From an uncultured Ardenticatenaceae bacterium (GTDB lineage Bacteria; Chloroflexota; Anaerolineae; Promineifilales; Promineifilaceae), in contig CAZSOD010000005.1 in the NCBI GenBank assembly GCA_964608255.1, positions 3,681 through 67,680 of the forward strand: a stretch of 64,000 nt of DNA, given 5' to 3'. Positions 38,839 through 48,129 of this stretch are shown here, in pieces. Under the pieces are notes generated by a model that saw nothing but the letters and a program-made list of their open reading frames with translations, was not told where the DNA came from and made no database searches. The position numbers were made by a program, and so were the translations under genes. Every line of letters starts with the position of its first letter. The first letter of the stretch is position 1.

Positions 38839-40029
38839 ATGCGGATAATTTTGTACCTGGGTAAGGGTGGCGTGGGCAAGACGACCGTGGCGGCGGCCAC
38901 TGCGCTGCGCAGCGCCCAGTTGGGCTACAAGACGCTTGTCGCCAGCACCGACATCGCCCACAGCCTGGCCGATTCTTTCGACATACCGCTAGGCGCGAAG
39001 CCGCTCCAGATTGCCGATAATCTGTGGGCGCAGGAGATTAGCGTCGTCGCCGACATCCAGAACTACTGGGGGACGCTGCAAAGCGCAGTGTCTAAAATGG
39101 TTAGCGGGCCGGGCATTTCCAATGTCGTGGCCGATGAGTTGTCGGCCTTCCCGGGCATGGACGAGATCGTTAGCCTGCTCCACATTAATAAGCAAGCCAA
39201 GGAACAGGAATTTGAACGCGTCATCATCGACGCGGCACCGACCGGTGAGACGATCCGGCTCCTGACGATGCCCGACACGTTCCGCTGGTACGCCGGGCAG
39301 GTGGGAAAGCTGGAATCGGCCATTCTCATGCGGGCTCTGAAGCCGTTTGCCGGCAAGCTGTTGCAGGGCCCGTCGGAAGTACTGGAGGCCATTAGCAACC
39401 TTGACGCGCAAACGGCCGACTTGCGGGCCACGCTCAGCGATCCGTCAATCAGCAGCTATCGCGTTGTCTTGCAACCGGAGAAGATGGTGATGCGCGAGGC
39501 CGAGCGGGCGGTCAGCTATCTGGGCCTGTTCAATTATCCGGTCGATAGCGTGATCATCAACCGCATCTTACCCGAGGCCGCGGCCGAGGGTGAGTTCTAT
39601 CGCCAGCGGCGGGCCATCCAGGCCAAGTACATCGAGCTCATTGAGAACAACTTCCGGCCGCTGCCGCTGTGGTACGCGCCGTACTACGCCCACGAGGTCG
39701 TCGGCTTGGCAGCGCTCTCGCAACTGGCGGCCGACTGCTTTGGCCCCAGTGACCCCGGCGAGATCTTCTACCGGGGTGTGCTGCAAGAGATCGTGGATAC
39801 GGGCGACGGCGGCTATCTCCTGCGGTTGCCAATCCCCTTCATAGGCCGCGACGATGTCCGCCTGCGCAAGCGCGGCGACGAGCTGTTCATTACCATCGGC
39901 AACTTTAAGCGCGAGATGATTTTGCCGATGGTGCTGGCCAAGCGACGGGCGGGCGGCGGGCGGCTGCGCGACGGGATGCTCGAAGTGACGTTCCTGCCCG
40001 GCGAGCCGGAGACGGCCGACGCGGGATAA
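38839..40029 (+). CDS. Get3/ArsA-family ATPase with C-terminal alpha-crystallin-like domain
   Basis: AAGGAG RBS; GKGGVGKTT, STDIAHSL, PGMDE, DAAPTGET; LRLPIPF..KRGDELFITIGNFKR. Confidence 0.9.
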   Translation: MRIILYLGKGGVGKTTVAAATALRSAQLGYKTLVASTDIAHSLADSFDIPLGAKPLQIADNLWAQEISVVADIQNYWGTLQSAVSKMVSGPGISNVVADELSAFPGMDEIVSLLHINKQAKEQEFERVIIDAAPTGETIRLLTMPDTFRWYAGQVGKLESAILMRALKPFAGKLLQGPSEVLEAISNLDAQTADLRATLSDPSISSYRVVLQPEKMVMREAERAVSYLGLFNYPVDSVIINRILPEAAAEGEFYRQRRAIQAKYIELIENNFRPLPLWYAPYYAHEVVGLAALSQLAADCFGPSDPGEIFYRGVLQEIVDTGDGGYLLRLPIPFIGRDDVRLRKRGDELFITIGNFKREMILPMVLAKRRAGGGRLRDGMLEVTFLPGEPETADAG

Positions 40030-40052
40030 TGGATTCGGCGTTTAATCCTTGT

Positions 40053-41063
40053 TTAGTTCTTCTTGGCCCCGACCAGGGAACGCTCGCGACCGGCGCGCGC
40101 GGTCGCATTCAGGTAGACCGGCGCGCCGAGCAAGCTGGCGACCCGCTCTAGCCCAAAAACAAGCAGCGTCAGGGCGACCGCCTGCACCGCAACCAGCCCG
40201 GCGCCGGCAAACAGGGCCGGAGCGAAATTTTCCCGCACCCCCAGACCACCGATGGATGGCACCAGCAGCGCCAGCGACATGACCGGCACGACCAGCAGGT
40301 AATAGCCGAAGGGCACGTTCAAGCCAAGAGCCCGTCCCGTCGTTGCCCACCAACCGACTTGCATCAGGTTGAAGACGACCGAAATCAACAGGGCCAGCAG
40401 GACTGCTCGCCAGCCGCAGTTGTGGATCGCCAGCGCCAGCCGGTCGAGGAAGCCGCCGCCCAGAGCGCGCAAGCGCCCCGGCAGTCGCGCAGTAACGGAT
40501 CGCAGGAGTCGCCCTTCGAGGAGGACGAAACCTCCGGCTAGCCCGATGACGCAGATGGCGCCGATGGTCCAGGTCAATTCGCGGGGAAAATCTTCCGGTC
40601 GGAACGGCAGCACAATCAGGGCCATGCCGAAGAGCGCCAGCAAGCCGGTCAGCCGGTCTACGAGAACGGTGCTGACAGCGATACTCGGGTCAACGTCCTG
40701 CGCCGCTTCGGCGGCCCGGATGACGTCCCCGCCCAAGCCTGAGGGTAGAAAAGCGTTGAAGAAACTGCCGACAAAGTAGAGTTCTACCAGCCGGCCGAAG
40801 CGTATTTGCGAGCCAACACCCCGTAGAACCACATGCCAGCGGTAGGCGCGGACTACGAGGCTCAGGGCAATCAGGGCCGCTCCGGCGGCCATCCACGCCG
40901 GTTTGACTGTGCGCAGTGCCGCCAGAAGCGCGCGGTAGTCAAGTCCACGCAGCACGAGAACCAGGCCAGCGACGGTCACAAGGACCTTCAGGGCAGTCAT
41001 CAGGCGCTGGCGCGAGCGGCTCGATACACGATTATTGTCCGGCGATGGCGGCGTAGCGTTCAT
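40053..41063 (-). CDS. LPG-synthase TM-domain / flippase-like membrane protein (YbhN/AglD2-like)
   Basis: RAYRWHVVL, FFNAFLPSGLGGDVIRA, VLVDRLTGL, PSIGGLGVRE. Confidence 0.88.
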   Translation of the reverse strand: MNATPPSPDNNRVSSRSRQRLMTALKVLVTVAGLVLVLRGLDYRALLAALRTVKPAWMAAGAALIALSLVVRAYRWHVVLRGVGSQIRFGRLVELYFVGSFFNAFLPSGLGGDVIRAAEAAQDVDPSIAVSTVLVDRLTGLLALFGMALIVLPFRPEDFPRELTWTIGAICVIGLAGGFVLLEGRLLRSVTARLPGRLRALGGGFLDRLALAIHNCGWRAVLLALLISVVFNLMQVGWWATTGRALGLNVPFGYYLLVVPVMSLALLVPSIGGLGVRENFAPALFAGAGLVAVQAVALTLLVFGLERVASLLGAPVYLNATARAGRERSLVGAKKN

Positions 41064-41137
41064 CGACGCGGATTGTAGACCACTCCCTTCCGTTCGTCAC
41101 TCGGCGGCGACCGCTAACCTACATCCTAGCTGTCGGC

Positions 41138-41143
41138 TATAAT
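41138..41143 (+). promoter_or_regulatory. -10 element (TATAAT) 7 nt before ATG; probable leaderless start
   Basis: TATAATcgccgcgATG with no SD. Confidence 0.6.
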
Positions 41144-41150
41144 CGCCGCG

Positions 41151-42887
41151 ATGATGCCCCAGAGAGCCAGCATTGCCGCCCATCCTCGCCGCGACGTTTG
41201 GTTGGCGGCCGCCGCGGTGCTGCTCTTTTTCTTTCTGGCGCTCGATAGTCTCGTTGGCGACAGCCCGACGATGGATGAGCAAAACCACGTTGCGCGCGGC
41301 CTCGCCTTTCTGCGCACCGGCGATCCGCGGCTGAGCCTGGAACACCCGCCCCTGGTCAACACACTGAGCGCTCTGCCGCTGCTTACTATGCCCGAGTTGC
41401 GGCTGCCGACCGACCACCCAAGTTGGGAGCGGCGTGAAGGCTGGTATGAGTTCGCCGACCTCTTCCTCTGGCAATACAACCACGACGTCACGCGAATTAT
41501 TTTTCTGGCTCGGCTGCCGATCGTCTTTCTGCTGCTGACGCTGGGGGTGGCCGGCTTCCGTTTTGCGCGACGTCTGTGGGGCGGCGACGCCGGGCTAATG
41601 GCCCTGGTATTGATGCTCTTCGAGCCGAACTTGCTGGCCCACGGCCGCTACGCCACCACTGATCTGGGCGGCACGCTCTTCACTTTTCTAGCGACAATTG
41701 CGTTGTGGCATTTGTGGCAGACGCCGGAGCGCTGGGACTGGCGGCGCTGGGCCGTGGCGGCGCTGGCGATCGGCCTGGCCTTTGGCAGCAAGCTATCGGC
41801 CCTCGGCTTTGCGCTCGTCTGGGGTATCCTGGCGCTGCTGCCGCTCTACCCGCCCGGCCCGCGCGGCGCGGGTGGTGCGGCGCGGCTGCGGCTGGGGCAA
41901 CTGGCCGCGGCCGGCGTCGCCGCTTTGCTTGTGGTCTGGGCCATCTATGGCTTCCAATGGGGGGCGTTCCAGTTCATCTCGCCGGGGATGGAGGGGATGA
42001 ATGCCTGGCGCGGGCCGATGCCAACCTTCTGGGCCGGAGTGGAGCAGATCGCCCGGCTGGGGAGCGGGGGGCGGTCGCAGGCGTTCCTGCTCGGCCGCTT
42101 CTCCGACGACGGCTTCGTAGCCTACTTTCCTGCCGCCTTCGCCGTCAAGACGCCGCTCGTGTTGTTGGCGGGGCTGGCCCTGTCAGCCGCGCTACTACTT
42201 CGTAACCGCGCCACGCGCCGTCGGGCGGCCTTCCTGCTGCTGGCCGCGGCGCTTTTCTTCGGCCTGACGATGATTAGCGCGCTGAATATCGGCTACCGCC
42301 ACGCCCTGCCGGCGCTGCCCTACCTGCTCATCCTGGCCAGCGGCCTGGCGGGGAAGAGGGGGGAAACGACAGATTTCACAGATTTAAACACGCTTCAATC
42401 TGTGGCTGCTTCTTTTTTTCGATGGATCGGCGTGGCGGTCGTGGGGGGGGTGATCGGGGTCGCGCTGTGGATTCACCCCCATTATTTGAGTTACTTCAAT
42501 CCGGCCGCGGGCGGGCCGGGAAATGGCTACCGGGTGCTGATCGACAGCAACGTGGACTGGGGCCAGGACTTGCTTCGATTGCGTCAGTGGATGGCCGATA
42601 ACCGCGTAAACCATGTGCGCCTGGGCTGGTTCGGCTCGGCCGACCCGGCCTATTACGGCATTGACTATGATCCGCTGCCTGGAATCGGACGGCCGCAGTT
42701 TTTCCCCTTGTGGTGGGCTCCGCCGTTCAACCCCGCGCAACCGGAGCCAGGGATTTATGCTATTAGTGCGACGAGCTTGTGGGAGACGCCCCTGCGGCCG
42801 GAAGAGAAGCGCATCTACGCCTGGTTCCGCGCCCGCCCGCCGGATGCGCGGGTCGGCTACTCCATTCTCATTTATGACGTCCCTTAG
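41151..42887 (+). CDS. GT-C fold glycosyltransferase (PMT/ArnT-like)
   Basis: SPTMDE loop after TM1, EHPPL, ARLP, PNLLAHG..ATTD, GYRH.LP, DSNVDWGQDL. Confidence 0.85.
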   Translation: MMPQRASIAAHPRRDVWLAAAAVLLFFFLALDSLVGDSPTMDEQNHVARGLAFLRTGDPRLSLEHPPLVNTLSALPLLTMPELRLPTDHPSWERREGWYEFADLFLWQYNHDVTRIIFLARLPIVFLLLTLGVAGFRFARRLWGGDAGLMALVLMLFEPNLLAHGRYATTDLGGTLFTFLATIALWHLWQTPERWDWRRWAVAALAIGLAFGSKLSALGFALVWGILALLPLYPPGPRGAGGAARLRLGQLAAAGVAALLVVWAIYGFQWGAFQFISPGMEGMNAWRGPMPTFWAGVEQIARLGSGGRSQAFLLGRFSDDGFVAYFPAAFAVKTPLVLLAGLALSAALLLRNRATRRRAAFLLLAAALFFGLTMISALNIGYRHALPALPYLLILASGLAGKRGETTDFTDLNTLQSVAASFFRWIGVAVVGGVIGVALWIHPHYLSYFNPAAGGPGNGYRVLIDSNVDWGQDLLRLRQWMADNRVNHVRLGWFGSADPAYYGIDYDPLPGIGRPQFFPLWWAPPFNPAQPEPGIYAISATSLWETPLRPEEKRIYAWFRARPPDARVGYSILIYDVP

Positions 42888-44919
42888 CGTGACTGGTGCC
42901 TCACAAGCCGCCGCGGCGCGGCGCTGGCTACTACTGGCTTCGGCCGTGTTGCTGCTGGCAGTGGCTTTCCGGCTTGTCGCCCTCGACCAGGTTCCGCCGG
43001 GACTGGCGCAGGATGAGGTGCTGGACGCTGACATTGCCTTGTTCATCCGCCAGGGGGAGCGGGCGCTGTTCTTTCGCCACGGCTACGGGCATGAGCCTCT
43101 CTACCATTATCTGGCCGCTCCGTTCGGCATGCTCTATGGCGATAACCTTCTGGCAGCGCGACTGCCATCGGTCTACCTGGGGCTGTTACTGGTCGCGGCG
43201 ACCCTGCACTGGGCGCGGCGGAATTACGGTCGCATCGCCGCGCTGGTTGCCGGGGCGGGGCTGGCACTCAGTTGGTGGCCCGTCATTTTCAGCCGTATCG
43301 GTATACGGCCGATTCTCATGCCCCTGCTCCTTGTCGCCGCCGCAGGGTGCTGGCCGCTGCGCTGCCACGAGTTGACCCGGCGCGGTCTGCTCTCAGCGGC
43401 GCTGGCTGGCGCCTGGCTCGGCTTGTCCCTGTACAGCTACACCGCCGCCCGTGTCGCGCCGCTCATCCCGCTGGGCTTGCTCGTCGTCGCAACGGCTCGG
43501 GCGCTGCTGGAACGGCGACGGGGTCGTAGCGAATCGGCCCGGGCAGCCCGGGCGCAGGCGGTCTATGCCCTGGTCGTGCTGGTCGTGTGCCTGCTCGTCT
43601 ATGCGCCGCTGGGGCTAACGCTGCGCGCCAATCCTGAACTCCAGCAACGACTGGCGCAACTTGGCGGCCCGCTCGACGCGCTGCGGGCCGGCGACCCTGT
43701 TCCCGTCGCCCGCTCTACACTGGCGACGCTGGGCGTCTTTAGCTTCACCGGCGATCCACGCTGGACGTATACGCTGCCCAACCGCCCGCTCTTTGACCCG
43801 CTGATGGCGCTCCTGTTCTACGCCGGGCTGGCGCTGGCCCTCTGGCGCTGGCACCGGCCGGTCTATGCCCTGCTGCCGGTTTGGCTGTTCGTGGCCCTGC
43901 TGCCGAGCGCCCTGTCGCCCGACGCGCCGAGTACCGTGCGGTTGGTGGGGGCGCTGCCGGTGGTCTACGTCCTGCCGGGCTTGGCCGTGAATGGGCTGGC
44001 GCGTTGGTGGCGACGGATGGCCGGCCGCCGGTCGTTAACCGACGCCAGAGCGTGGAGCCTGGGCCTGGCGGCCGTGCTGCTGGCGCTGCTGGTGTGGAAC
44101 GCGGCGCGGACTGTGCGGGATGGGTTCGGGCGCTGGCCGGCCGATCTGGAGACACGCCTCCGCTACCAGACGGTTATCCGCGACATCGGCCGCTACTGGC
44201 TGGTGGAAGGAGGCGGGGCCGCCCCCGTGGTGGCCGAGGTGTTCTATGAGCCAATCGATGGGGCCACGCTGCGGCGCGACGTGGGCCGCGACCCGGCCGC
44301 GCGCTGGGTGCAGACGTCCGGCGTAGCCGGCGCGCTCGTCTGGCCGGCGGGCGAGGACTCGCCCTGGCTCTATGTGCCCGAGTACGCCCCGCTCAACGCG
44401 GAACTGGCCGCGGCAGCGGGTGTGCTGGCCGATCCGCTCTACCGCAGCCCATCCGGCCCATCCTTTGCCGTCTATGCTTTGCCGGCAGCTCCCGCCGCCA
44501 ATGTGGTGCCTGTGATGGAGACATTTGGCGCCCCCCCGGTCATCGCTCTGCGCGGCCTGACTGCTCCCCAAGTGGCTCCGGGTGACGCGCTCACGTTTCT
44601 GACCTATTGGGAAGTTGAGGATAGGCTGCCCGCTGACTTGGCAGTCTTCGTGCATCTGATTGACCCATCCGGCGCCGTCGTAGCGCAGCACGACGGCCTG
44701 GACGCGGCGGCCGAGACGCTAATGCCCAGCGACCGAGTTCTCCAGCGTCACAGCCTGCAGCTTCCGGCCGGGTTGTCCGGGGAGTACGAGCTTGTGCTTG
44801 GCCTCTACCGGCGGGGCGATGGGCAACGGCTGCCCGCCAGCGAGGGTGACTCCCTGCGCGTGGCCCTGTGCCGCGGCGCGGGCGGGCACCTGGCTTGCGA
44901 TTTGCCGAACACTCGCTAG
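42874..44919 (+). CDS. GT-C fold glycosyltransferase with C-terminal extracellular domain
   Basis: PPGLAQDE, GHEPLYHY, ARLPS, FSRIG.R, LSLYSYTAAR; C-terminal VFVHL..QHD..GEYELVLGLY. Confidence 0.82.
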   Translation: MTSLSVTGASQAAAARRWLLLASAVLLLAVAFRLVALDQVPPGLAQDEVLDADIALFIRQGERALFFRHGYGHEPLYHYLAAPFGMLYGDNLLAARLPSVYLGLLLVAATLHWARRNYGRIAALVAGAGLALSWWPVIFSRIGIRPILMPLLLVAAAGCWPLRCHELTRRGLLSAALAGAWLGLSLYSYTAARVAPLIPLGLLVVATARALLERRRGRSESARAARAQAVYALVVLVVCLLVYAPLGLTLRANPELQQRLAQLGGPLDALRAGDPVPVARSTLATLGVFSFTGDPRWTYTLPNRPLFDPLMALLFYAGLALALWRWHRPVYALLPVWLFVALLPSALSPDAPSTVRLVGALPVVYVLPGLAVNGLARWWRRMAGRRSLTDARAWSLGLAAVLLALLVWNAARTVRDGFGRWPADLETRLRYQTVIRDIGRYWLVEGGGAAPVVAEVFYEPIDGATLRRDVGRDPAARWVQTSGVAGALVWPAGEDSPWLYVPEYAPLNAELAAAAGVLADPLYRSPSGPSFAVYALPAAPAANVVPVMETFGAPPVIALRGLTAPQVAPGDALTFLTYWEVEDRLPADLAVFVHLIDPSGAVVAQHDGLDAAAETLMPSDRVLQRHSLQLPAGLSGEYELVLGLYRRGDGQRLPASEGDSLRVALCRGAGGHLACDLPNTR

Positions 44920-44988
44920 ATCGCTACGATCCTGTCGGGCGGGAATTCCCGTCCTACCCGTTGCAGTTGAATCAGGAGAGGTACTCAC

Positions 44989-46233
44989 ATGGCATCAAAT
45001 AAGTCGTACCCCAAGCGGGCCACCCGCGTGGCCGCCATTCTGTTCGCCCTGCTCGCTCTTGTACTCATAGCGGGCATGGTCGCGGCCGGCGACTCTCGCG
45101 GGCCGGCGACCAAGGCGCCGGCACCACTAGCCCCGTTCGCGCCGACGACGGCCGAGCTGCTGGCCATGCCCCCGTCTATCGAGCGCTACGCAGCCGCCCA
45201 CACCCTGCCGCTCGCGGTGCGTCAGGCTGCCGGCCTTAACGAAACGACTTATCAGTTTCTGCCCTTGGCCACGTTCGGTCTGGCGCAACCGAGCCCGGTC
45301 GTGCTGAGCGCCGGCCAGCCAAATGGCCTGAACGCCTGGACAATCTCGTGGACGGCCGACGCGAATGCCACGGGCTACGAGGTGCATGAGGCGCAGAGCG
45401 CCGACTTCGCCGATGCCCAGCCCATCCTCGTCGGCCCGCAAACGAGCGTCGTCCGCCAGAAGACGGCGTCGCCGTCCAACGTCTACTACTATCGTGTGCG
45501 CAGCCTCGTCGGTCAACAGGCCGGCCCGTGGTCGAACGTCGGGGTCGTGGTTGGCGCCTATTACGATGACTTCAGCAACCCGGCCAGCGGCTGGTCCTTG
45601 CGGCGCACGACCTACATTGAGGAGGTCCATAGCTACTACGATCGCGGCGAGTACGTCCTGGACGTCAACGACCGTTGGGACTGGGGTATTGCCAGCCCGG
45701 GCAAGCCGGCGCCGCGCTTGCCCTACGTCATCGACTTCTACGCCACCATCGTCGACGGCGCAAACCTGTGGTCGTTCGGCGGCGTCTTCGGCGGCGACTG
45801 GCCATCGCCCAATTGCCCGATGGCCTTTGACTTCGACGGCTGGTACCTGCATCAGGACTGTTTCAACCACTTCTACAACGCCAACAGCATCTTCTACGGC
45901 CCGATCAAGCTGCTGTTCGAGCGCATCGACTACCTCGAGTGGTGCATCCCCTGCGGCGGTAGCCCGATGAAGCGCCTGGGCGATGTCAACCCCGGCAGCA
46001 TCAAGACCTACAAGAACATCGACCCAACGGGGTGGAACCACTATCGCATCGAAGTGCGCGACGACGTCATCAAGATCTATGCCGCCAAGCGAGGGCTAAC
46101 ACCGGAACTGCAATATCAATACTTTGACACCCGCTATGTCACCAGCCCCTACTTCGGCCTCTTTGCCTCGACGGACGAGTACACCAATGCCTTGTGGCGA
46201 TTTGACGACTTCCGCGTAACGCCGATCGACTAG
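44989..46233 (+). CDS. Secreted FnIII + beta-sandwich (DUF1080/LamG-like) protein
   Basis: GGAG RBS, signal peptide, ISW..ATGYEVHEA..YYYRVRS..GPWSN, YYDDFS..SGW, WNHYRIEVR, FDDFRV. Confidence 0.8.
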   Translation: MASNKSYPKRATRVAAILFALLALVLIAGMVAAGDSRGPATKAPAPLAPFAPTTAELLAMPPSIERYAAAHTLPLAVRQAAGLNETTYQFLPLATFGLAQPSPVVLSAGQPNGLNAWTISWTADANATGYEVHEAQSADFADAQPILVGPQTSVVRQKTASPSNVYYYRVRSLVGQQAGPWSNVGVVVGAYYDDFSNPASGWSLRRTTYIEEVHSYYDRGEYVLDVNDRWDWGIASPGKPAPRLPYVIDFYATIVDGANLWSFGGVFGGDWPSPNCPMAFDFDGWYLHQDCFNHFYNANSIFYGPIKLLFERIDYLEWCIPCGGSPMKRLGDVNPGSIKTYKNIDPTGWNHYRIEVRDDVIKIYAAKRGLTPELQYQYFDTRYVTSPYFGLFASTDEYTNALWRFDDFRVTPID

Positions 46234-46252
46234 GATCGCGCCTTCGCCCTGT

Positions 46253-46288
46253 GCCGGCCGGCGGATGGAGTTCCGCCGGCCGGCCTTT
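46253..46288 (+). terminator. Strong hairpin / probable terminator between the paralogs
   Basis: 13-bp perfect stem GCCGGCCGGCGGA/TCCGCCGGCCGGC followed by CTTT. Confidence 0.55.
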
Positions 46289-46402
46289 AAGACCCGTCCG
46301 CATCCCGCCCTCTATCCTCCCCGCCATTTGCCCCGATAGGGGGAGGACAGTACCATAGCCCCCGACTGGCTGTTCAAAACACCAGCAAAGGAGTAAAGAG
46401 CA

Positions 46403-48058
46403 ATGAAACCAAACCGCAACTCCGGGCGCACAGCCGGACGGTGGCCGGGGCGGGGCCTGTTTTTGACTGCCGCCCTGGCTCTTTTCTGTGCCCTGGTGCT
46501 AGTTCGGCTAAGCGCGGCGGCCCAGATCGACACGAAACCGACTCCGCCGCCTGGTAATCAGGAGCGCCCCTCGCCCTTTGTCGATCGCGTGCCCACCGAC
46601 GCAGAATTGCTGGCCATGCCGCCCGGCATGGAGCGCTACCTCGCCGCCCACACGCTGCCGGCAAGTGAGTTCCGGCCGGCCAACCTGAACGGGTCGACCA
46701 AGACCGCCTCGGACGATCTGGTGTCGCCCGGCGGCGTCTTCGAGTACACGATTCAGGTCGAGAATAGCGGCGACTTTGACATACCGGTCGAGGTGACCGA
46801 CGACCTGCCAAACCAGGTCGACTACATCGACAGCGAGTGCGTGGCCTTTATCACCGACACCTGCGAGTTTAGTCAGGGGGTGATGCAGTGGAAGGGCACC
46901 GTCACCGAGGGTGGCAGCGCGACGATCACCATCACCGTTCGCCTGAAGAGCAGCGCCGAACCCGGCGCGGAAGTTGAGAACACAGCGAAGATCGAGAGCG
47001 CCGAGCAGAACCTCAACCGTAGCGCAACGATCACGGTGGACGAGGTCAAGGCTTCGCCCATCCAGTTCGTGCCGTTTACCATCTACGGCCTGTTGCCGAA
47101 CCCCGGCCCTGTCACGCTGACGACCGGGCAGCCCAACGGGCAAAACAGTTGGACGCTGGCCTGGACAGCCAGCCCCGGCGCCAGCGGCTATGAAATTCAT
47201 GAGGCGCAGGAACCTGACTTCTCCGACGCGAAACCCATTCTGGTCGGCCAGCAGACCGCGCTGACGCTGACCAAGCAGCCGAGCCCATTCAACGTCTTCT
47301 ACTACCGCGTGCGCAGCCTCGTAGGGCAGAACACCGGCCCGTGGTCGAACGTCGGCCAGGTCGTCGGCGGCTATCGCGACGACTTCGATGACAGCAGCAC
47401 CGGCTGGGCCATGCGCCGCTCGACCTACCTTGAGGCGGTGAAGGGCTTCTACGAGAACGGCAAGTACGTGATGCAAGTCAACAGCCGCTGGGACTGGGGC
47501 ATCGTGAGCCCGCTGCAGCCCGCGCCGCGCCTGCCCTACGTCATCGAGTTTGAGGCCCGCGCCATCAGTCAGGGCTATGCCCACTCGTTCGGCGGCGTCT
47601 TCGGCGGCGATTGGGCGGGCGCGAACTGCCCGCCGGGCACGTCGTTTGACGAGTGGTACAAGCACGGCAACTGCTTCAACCATTTTTACAACACCAACTC
47701 GATTTACAACGACACCGATCCCAACCGCGTCCGGCTGCAATTGCTCTTCGAGCGTGTCGACAAGCTGGAGTGGTGCCAGGAGTGCGGCGGCAGTCCAATG
47801 AAGCGCGTTGGCGACATCAACAACCTGCAAAACTACAGCGGCGTGGACGCAAAGGAGTGGAACCGCTACCGTATCGAGGTGCGCGCCGACGGGATCAAGC
47901 TCTACGCCGGGCGGCTGACCGAGGAACCGCGCCTCCAGTACGAATACGGCGACACCCGCTGGCTGGGCGATCGGTACTTCGGTCTCTTCGCCTCGACCGA
48001 CGTTATCGAGAACGCGACCTGGCGCTTTGAGTACATCCAGGTTATGCCCATCGACTAG
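46403..48058 (+). CDS. Secreted DUF11 + FnIII + beta-sandwich protein (paralog of 44989..46233)
   Basis: AAGGAG RBS, signal peptide, STKTAS..PGGVFEYTIQVENSG..VTDDLP (DUF11), then the same FnIII and C-terminal domain. Confidence 0.82.
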   Translation: MKPNRNSGRTAGRWPGRGLFLTAALALFCALVLVRLSAAAQIDTKPTPPPGNQERPSPFVDRVPTDAELLAMPPGMERYLAAHTLPASEFRPANLNGSTKTASDDLVSPGGVFEYTIQVENSGDFDIPVEVTDDLPNQVDYIDSECVAFITDTCEFSQGVMQWKGTVTEGGSATITITVRLKSSAEPGAEVENTAKIESAEQNLNRSATITVDEVKASPIQFVPFTIYGLLPNPGPVTLTTGQPNGQNSWTLAWTASPGASGYEIHEAQEPDFSDAKPILVGQQTALTLTKQPSPFNVFYYRVRSLVGQNTGPWSNVGQVVGGYRDDFDDSSTGWAMRRSTYLEAVKGFYENGKYVMQVNSRWDWGIVSPLQPAPRLPYVIEFEARAISQGYAHSFGGVFGGDWAGANCPPGTSFDEWYKHGNCFNHFYNTNSIYNDTDPNRVRLQLLFERVDKLEWCQECGGSPMKRVGDINNLQNYSGVDAKEWNRYRIEVRADGIKLYAGRLTEEPRLQYEYGDTRWLGDRYFGLFASTDVIENATWRFEYIQVMPID

Positions 48059-48084
48059 CGCCGTCCTGACCGTCACGTTCCAAA

Positions 48085-48123
48085 AGTGGCCGGTAAGCGC
48101 CCGCAGGCTGCTTACCGGCCACT
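48085..48123. terminator. 14-bp perfect hairpin between secreted paralog and third GT-C gene
   Basis: AGTGGCCGGTAAGC-11nt-GCTTACCGGCCACT. Confidence 0.55.
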
Positions 48124-48129
48124 ACCGTT

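Noticed and set aside
46508-48076. Long antisense ORFs (46508..48076, 4083..5264, 32261..33340, 45127..46041 and others)
   Set aside because: They are shadows of well-supported genes on the opposite strand, typical of high-GC codon bias, with no motifs or RBS
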